Below, piece after piece: positions 9,769 to 19,492 of a stretch of 64,000 bases of DNA. Position numbers and translations under genes: made by a program. The number at the start of each line of letters is the position of its first letter. The first letter of the stretch is position 1. A model generated the notes under the pieces. The model saw only the letters and a program-made list of their open reading frames with translations, was not told where the DNA came from and did no database searches. Origin of the DNA: an uncultured Gemmatimonadales bacterium (GTDB lineage Bacteria; Gemmatimonadota; Gemmatimonadetes; Gemmatimonadales; GWC2-71-9); contig CAWGSK010000015.1 in assembly GCA_963825055.1 (NCBI GenBank), positions 103,942-167,941 of the forward strand. The letters are read 5' to 3'.

Positions 9769-11400
9769 TTACCCGTTCCCCGTTCCCTCTTCCCGCTCTT
9801 CCTCATCATACTCCGATCGATCCCTCCCCAGGCTCTTTGCCCGGTAGAGCCCCCGGTCCGCCGCACCAACCAGCATCGCCGCGTTCCAGCCATCCTCCGG
9901 ATAACTCGCCACGCCGATGCTTACCGAAAGCGGGAGAGTCTCGCCGGTGGCCGTGACGGCGGGCTGCGTCGCGATGGTCTGTCGCAGCTTCTCGGCCAGG
10001 ATCCAGGCCCCCACCCGGTCGCTCCGCTGCAGGATGAGCCCGAATTCCTCACCCCCGTAACGGCCGATCAGGTCGCTGGCGCGCACCGTGTCGCGCAGCA
10101 CCCGCGCGAGGTGCACCAGCACCTGGTCGCCGGCCATGTGGCCATGCTGGTCGTTCACCCGCTTGAAATGGTCCACGTCGATCATGAGGAACCCGAACGG
10201 CTCGGAATGCCGGTGCCCGTACTCGACCGCATGCTGCAGCTCCGCCCGGAGCGTTGCGTGGTTGAGCAGGCCGGTGAGCCCGTCCCGGTGCACCATTTCC
10301 CGGATCCGCCGGCTCCGCTCCGCGCGGCTCAGCACGAGTTGCAGCACAAGCGTGCCGTCGAGGGGACGGGGAACGTAGTCGTCCGCCCCGGCCCGAATGG
10401 CCTCGACCTCATCCGCCACGTCGCTGGCATTGGCGAGGTAGATGATCGGGAGAAGGGGAAAGCGCGGGTCCTGCCGGATCAGGCGTGCCACGGTGAGGCC
10501 GGTCGAGCCAGGCAGGTCGGTGTCGAGGATCAGCAGGTCAGGCATCCGTTCCTGCACGACGTCCCGCGCCCGGAGCGGGTCAGCCACCTGGGTCACCTCG
10601 ACGTTCGCCTCGAACAGCCACTCCCGGATCTGCCGGCTCTCGGGGGATTCCCGCTGGACCAGGACGACACGCGCGGGCGGCGCGCCGATCCGGCTCAGGG
10701 TCTTGGCAAAGGGAGGGAGGTGCAGCTCCGCATCGGCGCGGTCGAGCACGACGTCGATCCCCGACGAGACGGCCCGCATCCGGTCCACCGTATTCACGTC
10801 ATCGATCAGGACAATCCCGCGGGGCCGCATACCGCGCCGGGTGAACCAGGCGGCAGCGGTCGCGTACGGGTCCGCACCGGGATCCCCGCCAAGCAGGACC
10901 ACCAGATCCGGCGTGCCGGTGAGGGGAATTTCCTCCGGGGCGTCGCTGCCGGTCCGACTGGTCACCTCATAGCCGCACTCCATCAGTATCGCCGAAAGCG
11001 CATCGCGTTCGCGGCCCTCCAGGCCGAGGAGGCGAGCGCGCCATGTGAACGCTGGGGGATGCAGGGGCTGGGTATCGGCCGGCAGGTCGGCGCCGGCCAC
11101 GTCGAAGGCCTGCGTGAGTTCCTCGATGGCTCCGGCCACCAGGTCGGCATCCGGGGGGCTTTCGTCCTTCCCCCTGAGCAGCCGCTCCATTCCGCGGGCG
11201 ATGGCGCTCACCTCGGGGAACCCGTAGGAGCCGCCCGAGCCCGCCAGCCGGTGGAACCTGCCGGCCAGCGATTCGGCCGCGCCCGCCTCGCCGGCGCGGA
11301 ACGCGCGGAGGTCCTTCTGGAGTTCGGTGATTCGCGCGGGAGCATCGGCCAGGTACTCCCGGCGCAGCGTCTGGAGCACCGCCTCCAGGGTGTCGTTCAC
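9769..11400 (-). CDS. Hpt-REC-GGDEF diguanylate cyclase
   Basis: Hpt motif HRLAGSGGSYG, receiver (DLLILD...AGADDY), DGLTGL, DVDHFK.VND..GH..GD, RYGGEEF with RxxD I-site (RASD). Confidence 0.92.
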   Translation of the reverse strand: MNDTLEAVLQTLRREYLADAPARITELQKDLRAFRAGEAGAAESLAGRFHRLAGSGGSYGFPEVSAIARGMERLLRGKDESPPDADLVAGAIEELTQAFDVAGADLPADTQPLHPPAFTWRARLLGLEGRERDALSAILMECGYEVTSRTGSDAPEEIPLTGTPDLVVLLGGDPGADPYATAAAWFTRRGMRPRGIVLIDDVNTVDRMRAVSSGIDVVLDRADAELHLPPFAKTLSRIGAPPARVVLVQRESPESRQIREWLFEANVEVTQVADPLRARDVVQERMPDLLILDTDLPGSTGLTVARLIRQDPRFPLLPIIYLANASDVADEVEAIRAGADDYVPRPLDGTLVLQLVLSRAERSRRIREMVHRDGLTGLLNHATLRAELQHAVEYGHRHSEPFGFLMIDVDHFKRVNDQHGHMAGDQVLVHLARVLRDTVRASDLIGRYGGEEFGLILQRSDRVGAWILAEKLRQTIATQPAVTATGETLPLSVSIGVASYPEDGWNAAMLVGAADRGLYRAKSLGRDRSEYDEEEREEGTGNG

Positions 11401-12083
11401 GATTCCTGCACCAGGCGCTCGAAGGCCAGGCGCGCGCCCGCCACGAACGCGGGCATCGAGCTCCAGTGGCCGGTGACTTCGTCGCCGTGCCGGTCAGCCA
11501 GGAGGGCCACGCGGTCATCCACGATCGAGATGAGAGGGCTTCCTGGCCACCGGGTTTCGACGCTGATCCGGGCCACCGTGGCGAACGAGAGGGAAGCTTC
11601 GTCAGGCGAGGCGAGTTGAACCTCCAGGCCGGCAGACACCGCCCGGCGCAGGATCGGGCCGAGAATGGGGTAGGCATCCTTCGGCGCAACGAGCCGGACC
11701 GATGTTTCCGCCCGTCCGAGATCATGCGATATGACGCGAAGTGCGCCGCGTCCAGTATCTATCGCGATCAGCGTGGGGCTTGGGGGAAGGGAAATCTCCA
11801 GGAGGGTATCCCGGAGCGCGTCCAGGGCACGGCTCTGGTCCAGCGACAGCCGCGCCACCAGCGCGTCCGGCGGCTCGGGCCAGAACTGCTTCGGCCGTCC
11901 GTCCTCCATCCGCGCTGCACCCTTGGCCACCAGGCCCTCGAGCGCGCTGTAGACATTCGCCCGCGCGAGTCCTGCGGACTGCGCCAGGGCATAGCCTGTG
12001 CCCGGGCCGTGCGTGATGAGCACCTCATACAGGCGACTCTCCGTCGGCGTGAAACCGAACGGCGTCAGGTCTACGGATGACAT
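11397..12083 (-). CDS. TrmB family transcriptional regulator
   Basis: GFTPTE..Y..L...G.....LA...G..R..VY..L..L..KG wHTH signature plus C-terminal effector domain; 4-nt overlap with GGDEF gene. Confidence 0.85.
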   Translation of the reverse strand: MSSVDLTPFGFTPTESRLYEVLITHGPGTGYALAQSAGLARANVYSALEGLVAKGAARMEDGRPKQFWPEPPDALVARLSLDQSRALDALRDTLLEISLPPSPTLIAIDTGRGALRVISHDLGRAETSVRLVAPKDAYPILGPILRRAVSAGLEVQLASPDEASLSFATVARISVETRWPGSPLISIVDDRVALLADRHGDEVTGHWSSMPAFVAGARLAFERLVQES

Positions 12084-12086
12084 GGT

Positions 12087-12118
12087 AGTAGTTTGTGCTA
12101 CTGATAGCGGGCGGTCAA
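12087..12118 (-). promoter_or_regulatory. Sigma70-type promoter for leaderless trmB with overlapping palindrome
   Basis: Minus strand TTGACC-N17-CAAACT-N6-ATG; AGTAG-N6-CTACT inverted repeat at 12087-12102. Confidence 0.55.
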
Positions 12119-12123
12119 GACGG

Positions 12124-12302
12124 GGCGGGCAGGGCGGACAGGGCGGACAGGCGGACAGGCGGACAGGCGGACAGGCGGACAGGCGGACAGGCGGACAGGG
12201 CGGACAGGGCGGACAAGGCGGACAAGGCGGACAAGGCGGAACCTCTCCCTACTCCCCACTCCCTACTCCCTACTCCCTACTCCCTACTCCCTACTCACTA
12301 CT
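12124..12302. repeat. G-rich 8/9-mer array (GGCGGACA[G/A]) then C-rich heptamer array (CTACTCC)
   Basis: Directly visible; about 13 G-rich units at 12124-12240 and about 7 heptamers at 12247-12302. Confidence 0.95.
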
Positions 12303-13493
12303 GGCTGGAACCACCAGCTCCGTCCTCCCCGGTCCCAGCTCGTACTCCAGCGACCAGCCCAGCAGCTTCGCGATCAGGGCCAGCCTGAAGGTCACGTCCA
12401 CCTCCCGGCACTCGAGGGTCTTGCGGTCCGGCTCAATGGGGAAGTAGTGGTAGGCGGCACGGTTCCCGATCTTCGGCTGCGAGCGCAGGTTCTTGGGGCA
12501 CCAGATGCCGTGCTCGTCGCAGTCCTTGAGCAGATGCACGAGAACCCTCGTTGCGACGGGGGCGGTATGCAGTGCCCCGATGCGGGCGAGCAACTCGATG
12601 TAGTGCAGGGCGAGCGGGATGTCCTTGGGCTTCCCGCTTCGGTCCGCCTCGATCGGGTCGCCGAGGAGGAAGTGTACCGGCTTGATCGCCTTGCGGCCGA
12701 TCTTCACCACGAAGCTCTTCTTCGGGGCGGGCTGGGCGAGGTAGTGCCCGAGCCGGTCCGTGAACCCGGCGCGCTCGCGCTGGAGGTTGGGCATTGCCGC
12801 GATCATTGCGACCGAGTACCAGGTCGGCGGATGCGCCTCGGGGTCCAGCACGGTCTGCTTGCCCATCTTGATGAAGGGCTTCTCCGCCAGCGGGCTCCGG
12901 AGGAACTGCGAAACCCCGTTGGCGATCTTGTGCGCCGATCCCCGTACCCGGGGGTCCCCGTTGTGGCCCGCCTCGGCGAGGGCCGCGGTGGCTCCCTCGC
13001 GCAGGAAGCCGCGTGCCCACTCCTCGCTGGCCGGCTCGCGCTTCACCATCTTTCCGTACTCGAACAGCAGGCTCAAGTCCGGATCGCGGCTCAGGACCCG
13101 GAACAGCAGGCGGTCGCCGAGTTTGAACGGGCGCCCCGTGCTGGGGTAACCAAGCTGGACCAGGCGGCGGTACTGCGGAATGGTGCCGATGTCACGGATT
13201 CCCTGCGCGGCGGCGGGGGCCAGGCCGAGCATGTTGCCGGACCAGACCCCGCTGTCCTTCTGTTTCTTGACTATCGCGGTGGCAAGGGGGGATGCCTCGA
13301 CGGCCTCATGGGTCCGGGCCAGATCCTCAGCGCGAACCGTCCCTTCCGGGGCAAGATCTGCCAGCGTCCGATACCGGATCGGCGCACCACCGACCTCCAT
13401 CAGCCAGTACAGCGGGATCCGGTGCGAATTCGGCAGTTCCAGAATGGTCTCCCGGATGGGTTTGCGACGTGCAAACGGCCGAAAACTTACCAC
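12291..13493 (-). CDS. Conserved hypothetical protein (possible alpha/alpha-toroid, prenyltransferase-like)
   Basis: 400-aa ORF with typical codon usage; Q..SG.W and DEHGIW QW-like motifs; start uncertain. Confidence 0.7.
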   Translation of the reverse strand: MVSFRPFARRKPIRETILELPNSHRIPLYWLMEVGGAPIRYRTLADLAPEGTVRAEDLARTHEAVEASPLATAIVKKQKDSGVWSGNMLGLAPAAAQGIRDIGTIPQYRRLVQLGYPSTGRPFKLGDRLLFRVLSRDPDLSLLFEYGKMVKREPASEEWARGFLREGATAALAEAGHNGDPRVRGSAHKIANGVSQFLRSPLAEKPFIKMGKQTVLDPEAHPPTWYSVAMIAAMPNLQRERAGFTDRLGHYLAQPAPKKSFVVKIGRKAIKPVHFLLGDPIEADRSGKPKDIPLALHYIELLARIGALHTAPVATRVLVHLLKDCDEHGIWCPKNLRSQPKIGNRAAYHYFPIEPDRKTLECREVDVTFRLALIAKLLGWSLEYELGPGRTELVVPASSE

Positions 13494-13722
13494 CCCGAAC
13501 CGGAACTGGCCAGTAGCGAAGGGGAGGGGTTTCCGTGGGGTGTCTAAGAAGATAACACCGCCGCGGCGCGCCCGGCCGGGGATTCCGATACGGGTGTTGC
13601 TTGCGGGAAGTCCCTACGCCACTTAGCCTAAGGCTTGAACTCCCCAGAATACAGCCAGCCCCGCATCCTGATGCCCAGCATCATCCGACGCATGGCTTCT
13701 ACTACTACCAGGGTGGGTTCCT

Positions 13723-16700
13723 GTGCTTGATGTGGGTGCCACCCTCGCCGCGGCTCTCGAAGACCGCTATACGATCGAGCAGGAGCTCGGGCGTGGCGGG
13801 ATGGCGTTCGTCTACCTGGCCCACGACGTGAAGCACGGCCGGCCCGTCGCGATCAAGGTACTCCGACCGGAGATCGCCACCTCGATCGGGGCGGAACGGT
13901 TTCTCCGCGAGATCGAAACGGTCGCCAGCCTCACCCATCCTTATATCCTGCCATTGCACGACTCGGGTCAAGCCGGCGGGCTTCTCTACTACGTCATGCC
14001 CTACGTGGCGGGTGAGACGCTGCGGGCCCGGCTGCAGCGCGAGGGGCAACTCGGCGTCGAGGACGCCCTTTCCATTGCGCGGCAGGTGGGTGCCGCCCTC
14101 GCCCACGCCCATGCTGTCGGCATCGTGCACCGGGACATCAAGCCGGAAAACATCCTCTTCGAGGGCGGCGTGGCGATCGTCGCCGACTTCGGCATCTCCC
14201 GCGCCATATCCTCCGCGGGTTCCGATCGCCTGACCGAGCCAGGCATCACCATCGGGACCCTGGCCTACGTGAGTCCGGAACAGGCGGCGGGCGACGACCG
14301 GGTGGACGGACGGAGCGACCAGTATGCACTCGCTTGCGTCCTGTACGAAATGCTGGCGGGAGAGCCGCCGTTCACCGGCGCTACGCCGCAGTCGGTCATC
14401 GCGAAGCACCTGCAGGAGCCAGCTCCTTCGGTGCGGGTCCTCCGCTCCACGGTACCCCAGCAGGTGGCGGACGCGATCCGGACGGCATTGCAGAAGACAC
14501 CGGCCGATCGCTTCCGGGGAATGCGCGAGTTCACGGACGCACTGGGCCAGATGATCACCGGACCCTACCCCAGGGGTACGCGTCCGGCGACCCCCCGGCG
14601 CTGGGTCTATGCCATTCCGCTGCTTGCGGTGGTGATTCTCCTGGCGGCGCTCATGCCGCGCTGGCTCTCGCACGGCGCCTTGTCGCAGCGGCAGTATCTC
14701 CTCGGCACGGTCGGGGCCGAAGACGTCTCGGACGCGCCTCGCACGACGCGCTGGGAACTGGCGCTGCAGTCTGCGCTCGTCCAGCTCCCGGACGTGGAGC
14801 TCACCGAACCGTACCGGGTCAACGATCACCTGCTGCGCGCGGGAGGCCCTCCCGGCGAGATCGGCGGCTGGTTCGATGTCGCGAAGGATCTGAAGGCAGG
14901 CCGGTTGCTGGTCTCGCGGTGGCTCGATTCATCATCGGTGGTTCTCGAACTCTACGACGTCCGCCGCCGCACCACCGTCAGTCAGACCCGGGCTGACGTC
15001 TCGCAGGGACTGGATGCCGCGGCCGTGCGGGCCGTGGAGCGGCTCTACCAGCTCCGGCCCGGACTGCTCGCAATAGGCCCGGGAACCAACGAACCCGCCC
15101 GGCGGGCCTTCGTGTCAGGCCACGAGGCGCTCAAGTCCTGGAATCTGCGCGGAGCAAAGGAGTCATTCGAGGAAGCCGTGGCGCTCGATCCTTCCGACGC
15201 CGAGTCGCATTTCTGGCTTGCCACGGTCAAGCTGTGGGCCGGTGATCCGGCGGCGGAGTGGGCGGCGAGTGCCCGTCGAGCGGGCGTGGCGGTGAAGGAG
15301 CTCCGTGACGACCACGAACGCGAGGAGGCGCTCGCACTCCGCGCTATCGCGGAGGGCCGGTTCCTGGAGGCCTGCCGGCGATACGGCTCGCTCGTGGCGG
15401 CGGATTCGCAGAGCTTCAGCGCCTGGCTGGGCCTCGCGGAGTGCACCGCGCGGGACGATGGGGTCGTGCCTGATTCCGCCAGCCCCTCGGGCTTCAGTTT
15501 CCGCGCCAGCCGGAGCGCGGCAGTCGCCGCCTACGAGCATGCCCTCGAGCAAGTGCCTTCGTTCTCATTCCAGTTCGGCCCGTTCGAGCGACTCAATTCC
15601 GTGCTCGTGGTGGAGCCGGGGCGCCTCAGGCGGGGGACCCTGGTCGGCCCCGAATCCATGCTGTTTGCGGCCTACCCGTCGCTGCTGGGTGACACGGTGG
15701 CCTACATCCCGTGGCCCTTGGCGCAGATCCTCGCCGGTGAGACCCCGTCCCCTGAGGGCCAGGACCGTGCGATCGCGATCAACCGGGGTCGCCTGCTGCG
15801 TATTGTGCGGAAGTGGGTGCAGGCGTTTCCCGATTCCTCCCGGGCGCATCTTGCCCTGGCCCGCTCGCTGGAGTTGCAGGGCTGGCTGGATGGAGGGCAG
15901 GGAACCGGGCGCTCGGCGCTGGCCGCCGCCGCGACGGCGCGGGCGCTCGCGCGCAATCGTGCCGACAGCATCGCGACGGCGCAGGTCGAGGCGCGGGTCC
16001 TGCTCAAGCTCCAGCGCTTCTCCGAGGCCCGGAAGCTTGCCCTCGGGCTGCTGCGGCACTTCCCGCAACCCTCGCCCGCGGAAGCGAACGAACTCGGTGG
16101 CCTCGCCGCCCTGGTCGGGAAACCCTCGCTTGCCGCCTCTCTCGGTGCCATTTCCGCCCGGGTGTACGCCGACAACGACCGCGGTCGTTATGAGCGCGTT
16201 GCATTGCCCGTGCTCGAGGGCTGGCAACGGTTCATGGCCTGGGGCGCATTCGGCATGCCGGCGGACAGCATCTTGGTCGCCTCGGCGAGACTCGACACGC
16301 TGCTCCAGGTGTATGAAGCCCCGGAGCGCGTGAAGCGCCTGGCGTGCGACGTCGTCTGGTATCCGCGCAGCCTGGCGTTCGCAGATCTCCGTGAAACCAC
16401 GCCTCGCGGACCCTGCTGGGGCGGGAACACACTCCTCGACGTGCAGTGGCGATTCGCGCATGGGGATACCGCCGGCACGCGTCAGGCACTGCAGCAGCTG
16501 CACGGCCTGCGGACCGGTACGGCGCCGGGAGAGGTCGCGCTGCAGAATGTCTATCAGGAGGCCTGGCTGCTCCTGCAGATCGGTGACTCGACGGCGGCGG
16601 CGGAATATCTCGACCGGAGCCTGGCGGCCCTGCAGGCGCTCCGGACCAGCGTGGTCACCGAGGTCCCGCAGGCCGCGAGCCTGGTCCGCGCCATGGCCCT

Positions 16701-16842
16701 CCGTGCCGAACTCGCCGACCGCACCGGCCAGGATGCCGTGGCCCGGGAGTGGGCGACCCGCGTCGTGGAGCTATGGGAGGATGGAGATGAATTTGTACGA
16801 CCCCTGGTTGATCGCATGCGGGGGATCGCCGCACGGGGGTAG
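13723..16842 (+). CDS. Transmembrane Ser/Thr kinase with large TPR-like C-terminal region
   Basis: LGRGGMA, VAIK, HRDIKPEN, DFG, SPEQ; one TM (WVYAIPLLAVVILLAALM); helical repeats. Confidence 0.92.
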   Translation: MLDVGATLAAALEDRYTIEQELGRGGMAFVYLAHDVKHGRPVAIKVLRPEIATSIGAERFLREIETVASLTHPYILPLHDSGQAGGLLYYVMPYVAGETLRARLQREGQLGVEDALSIARQVGAALAHAHAVGIVHRDIKPENILFEGGVAIVADFGISRAISSAGSDRLTEPGITIGTLAYVSPEQAAGDDRVDGRSDQYALACVLYEMLAGEPPFTGATPQSVIAKHLQEPAPSVRVLRSTVPQQVADAIRTALQKTPADRFRGMREFTDALGQMITGPYPRGTRPATPRRWVYAIPLLAVVILLAALMPRWLSHGALSQRQYLLGTVGAEDVSDAPRTTRWELALQSALVQLPDVELTEPYRVNDHLLRAGGPPGEIGGWFDVAKDLKAGRLLVSRWLDSSSVVLELYDVRRRTTVSQTRADVSQGLDAAAVRAVERLYQLRPGLLAIGPGTNEPARRAFVSGHEALKSWNLRGAKESFEEAVALDPSDAESHFWLATVKLWAGDPAAEWAASARRAGVAVKELRDDHEREEALALRAIAEGRFLEACRRYGSLVAADSQSFSAWLGLAECTARDDGVVPDSASPSGFSFRASRSAAVAAYEHALEQVPSFSFQFGPFERLNSVLVVEPGRLRRGTLVGPESMLFAAYPSLLGDTVAYIPWPLAQILAGETPSPEGQDRAIAINRGRLLRIVRKWVQAFPDSSRAHLALARSLELQGWLDGGQGTGRSALAAAATARALARNRADSIATAQVEARVLLKLQRFSEARKLALGLLRHFPQPSPAEANELGGLAALVGKPSLAASLGAISARVYADNDRGRYERVALPVLEGWQRFMAWGAFGMPADSILVASARLDTLLQVYEAPERVKRLACDVVWYPRSLAFADLRETTPRGPCWGGNTLLDVQWRFAHGDTAGTRQALQQLHGLRTGTAPGEVALQNVYQEAWLLLQIGDSTAAAEYLDRSLAALQALRTSVVTEVPQAASLVRAMALRAELADRTGQDAVAREWATRVVELWEDGDEFVRPLVDRMRGIAARG

Positions 16843-16870
16843 GGACTGCCCGCAGGACAAAGGAGGAAGG

Positions 16871-17476
16871 ATGCGTGGACACGGATGGATGACCGTGGTG
16901 GCCGTCGCGCTGTTCGTCGCGGGGTCGCCGGTCGCCGCGCAGGTACCCGGGCCGCCGGCCGGGGTGAAGAGCTGTACCGAGACCGGCTCGACCCAGCCAC
17001 GCCAGGCGCTGCTCGGTTTCGCCAACAGTCTCAAGGTCCGCGACACCACCCACGAGGGCGGTGCGCACCACGCTAACCTGACGCTCAGCAATCCCCGCCG
17101 GATTGGTCCCGAGGCTATCGTCTGGCCGGTGGAGAATATCAACCAGCTGCAGCACCTCTCGGAGGGTCGGGCAGGCACCGTCGTGGCCAAGGTGTGGATC
17201 GATCCCGCGTTCACGGATCCCGAGACCGGCCGGAAGGGCTACGAGCCCCTGAGCCTCCCACCGGGCGTGAGCTACATCATGATGTGCGAGAATGGCTCGA
17301 CCTACTCCGCGCTGATCATCCCGGAGGACGCCAGCGAGCCGCTGCGGACCAAGTCGGTGAGTTTCTACAAGGTGTCCGAGCAGTACCCCGTCGCCCTCGC
17401 GCGGTTCAAGGCGGCGCACAGCGAGACGATCTGTCTCTCCTGCAAGCTGTACGGCTGGTGCGAAATCGACGACTGA
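16871..17476 (+). CDS. Secreted hypothetical protein with C-terminal CxxC..C
   Basis: AGGAGG SD, signal peptide ending AAQ, C-terminus CLSCKLYGWCEIDD. Confidence 0.75.
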   Translation: MRGHGWMTVVAVALFVAGSPVAAQVPGPPAGVKSCTETGSTQPRQALLGFANSLKVRDTTHEGGAHHANLTLSNPRRIGPEAIVWPVENINQLQHLSEGRAGTVVAKVWIDPAFTDPETGRKGYEPLSLPPGVSYIMMCENGSTYSALIIPEDASEPLRTKSVSFYKVSEQYPVALARFKAAHSETICLSCKLYGWCEIDD

Positions 17477-17708
17477 TCGCATGACCTGAAACCGTGTGGA
17501 AGGGGCCGTGGAGCGATCCGCGGCCCTGTGCTTCTCTGGCCTCCTGCCTCACAGCCGTCTAAATGCCTGTGAAAACTGGACATACGGGCATCGTCCAGGG
17601 GCATTCCACGAATCCTGGACATTCCAAAGTGAAACCTCCAGCCAGTTACGCGCGTCCCGACTCATGTCGAAACATCCCCAACGCGGCGTCCCCCGACAGG
17701 AGTTCCAG

Positions 17709-18821
17709 ATGAGACGTTCCCTCGCCACCGCGGCTTTGTGCTCGGCTGCCGCGCTCGCCTGTGGCCGGGGCAGCGCTAGTGAAAAGGGAGACGCGCTTCC
17801 CTACCGGACCGGCCTCGTCGAGCGGGGAGACGTCCGGGTCTTCGTGGAGGAAACCGGCGTCGTGGAGCCGGAACGTCAGATCGTCGTCAAGTCGCCCATC
17901 TCCGGAGTGGTTCAGCGACTGGTGGTCCGCGAGGGCGACCGGGTCAGGCCGGGCCAGCTGCTCGCGCGTATCGTTCCCGACATCGCCCAGGCCAACACAT
18001 TTGCCCGCCTCCGCTCTGAAATTGCCGGGGGCCGCATCGCGCGGGAGAACGCCCGTATCGAATACGAGCGGGCCAAGGCCCTGATGGAGACCCATGGCAT
18101 CACCCAGGCCGAACTCGACCAGAAGCAAACCGCCTTCGAGCAGGCCGCAAATACCCTGAGCGCCGCCGAGGACCAGTTGCGGCTCGTACAGCAGAGCGGA
18201 GTCATCGCGGGAGACTCCGCGCAGTGGGCCCGGATCACGTCTCCTGCCGCCGGCGTGATCATCCTCCGTGGTGTGGAGGAGGGGGAGACGGTGGTCGGCG
18301 GGACCAGCGCCTTTGGCGGAGGAACGGAGCTGTTTACCATCGCCGATCTTTCGGCGCTCCGCGTCAAGGCGGCCATTAACGAGGTTGACATCGCCAAAGT
18401 TGCGAAGGGCGACAGCGTTTCCATCACAGTTGATGCCTTCGCGGGCGACACCGTGCTGGGACTGGTCCGGCTGGTGCCCCCGGCAGCCCGGCTCAATGAC
18501 CGGGTCCGCGTGTTCGACGTGGAAATCGGCGTGGGTGACGGTGCGGGCGTACTGCGTCCCGGCATGACGGCGAATGTACGGATCTCCGGCCCCACCCGGA
18601 CTGACGTCGTCCGTGTACCGGTGGAGGCCGTCTTCCTCTCCGAGGGCAACCCGGTCGTCTACAGGGTGAGCGGTGGCCAGCACCAGAGCACGCCGGTGCA
18701 ACTCGGGCTGGGTGACCTCTCCTGGGTGGAGATTCTGGGTGGGGTGAGCCCGGGTGATACCGTGGCCCTCGAGGACCCGGTCGCGGCCATCGAGCGGGCG
18801 AACCGTCCCGGCGCCCGGTAA
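17709..18821 (+). CDS. Efflux periplasmic adaptor (MacA/HlyD family) lipoprotein
   Basis: Lipobox LAC, barrel-sandwich VKSPISG..V.EGD.V..GQLL, ITSPAAG, LRPGMTA. Confidence 0.92.
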   Translation: MRRSLATAALCSAAALACGRGSASEKGDALPYRTGLVERGDVRVFVEETGVVEPERQIVVKSPISGVVQRLVVREGDRVRPGQLLARIVPDIAQANTFARLRSEIAGGRIARENARIEYERAKALMETHGITQAELDQKQTAFEQAANTLSAAEDQLRLVQQSGVIAGDSAQWARITSPAAGVIILRGVEEGETVVGGTSAFGGGTELFTIADLSALRVKAAINEVDIAKVAKGDSVSITVDAFAGDTVLGLVRLVPPAARLNDRVRVFDVEIGVGDGAGVLRPGMTANVRISGPTRTDVVRVPVEAVFLSEGNPVVYRVSGGQHQSTPVQLGLGDLSWVEILGGVSPGDTVALEDPVAAIERANRPGAR

Positions 18822-19492
18822 TGGCACCGCTGATCTCGGCCCGGGGCCTCACCAGGACCTACCGGCTTGGGAAGGTGGACGTGCACGCCCTCCGCGGGGT
18901 CGATCTCGACGTGGATGCCGGGGAGTTCGTGGCGATCGTCGGGCCTTCCGGTTCGGGCAAGAGTACCCTAATGCACATCCTCGGCTGTCTCGACACACCC
19001 ACCGGAGGGACGTATCGTCTCGACGACGAGGAAGTCGGTACGCTCCGGGGAAAGCGGCTGGCGCGGATCCGGAACGAGAAGGTCGGCTTTGTCTTCCAGA
19101 CCTTCAACCTGATGCCCCGTCTTTCGGTCGAGGAAAACGTCGCGCTCCCGCTCAAGTATCGTGGCGGGCTCTCCCGGGCCGAGCGGCGCCGTCGCGCGCT
19201 CGCGCGGCTGGAACGGCTCGGCCTCTCTCACCGGATCGGACACCGCCCGGATGAACTCTCCGGCGGCGAGCGCCAGCGCGTGGCCATCGCCCGCGCGCTG
19301 GTCGGGGAACCGGCCATCCTCATGGCGGACGAGCCCACCGGGAACCTCGATTCCCGTTCCGGGGGCGAGGTGCTGGAGACCTTCAGGGAACTGCATGCCG
19401 ACGGACACACGATCATTCTGGTGACCCACGATCCGAATGTGGCCGCGCAGGCTGAACGGACCGTGAACGTGGCCGACGGGCAGCTGGCATGA
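18821..19492 (+). CDS. ABC transporter ATP-binding protein (MacB/LolD family)
   Basis: GPSGSGKST, LSGGERQRVAIARAL, ADEPTGNLD, VTHD. Confidence 0.95.
   Translation: MAPLISARGLTRTYRLGKVDVHALRGVDLDVDAGEFVAIVGPSGSGKSTLMHILGCLDTPTGGTYRLDDEEVGTLRGKRLARIRNEKVGFVFQTFNLMPRLSVEENVALPLKYRGGLSRAERRRRALARLERLGLSHRIGHRPDELSGGERQRVAIARALVGEPAILMADEPTGNLDSRSGGEVLETFRELHADGHTIILVTHDPNVAAQAERTVNVADGQLA

Noticed and set aside
12124..12302. Possible CRISPR array or G/Q-rich ORF (11998..12447)
   Set aside because: Units are 7-9 bp with no unique spacers and no cas genes; the ORF is a translation of the repeat antisense to real genes.
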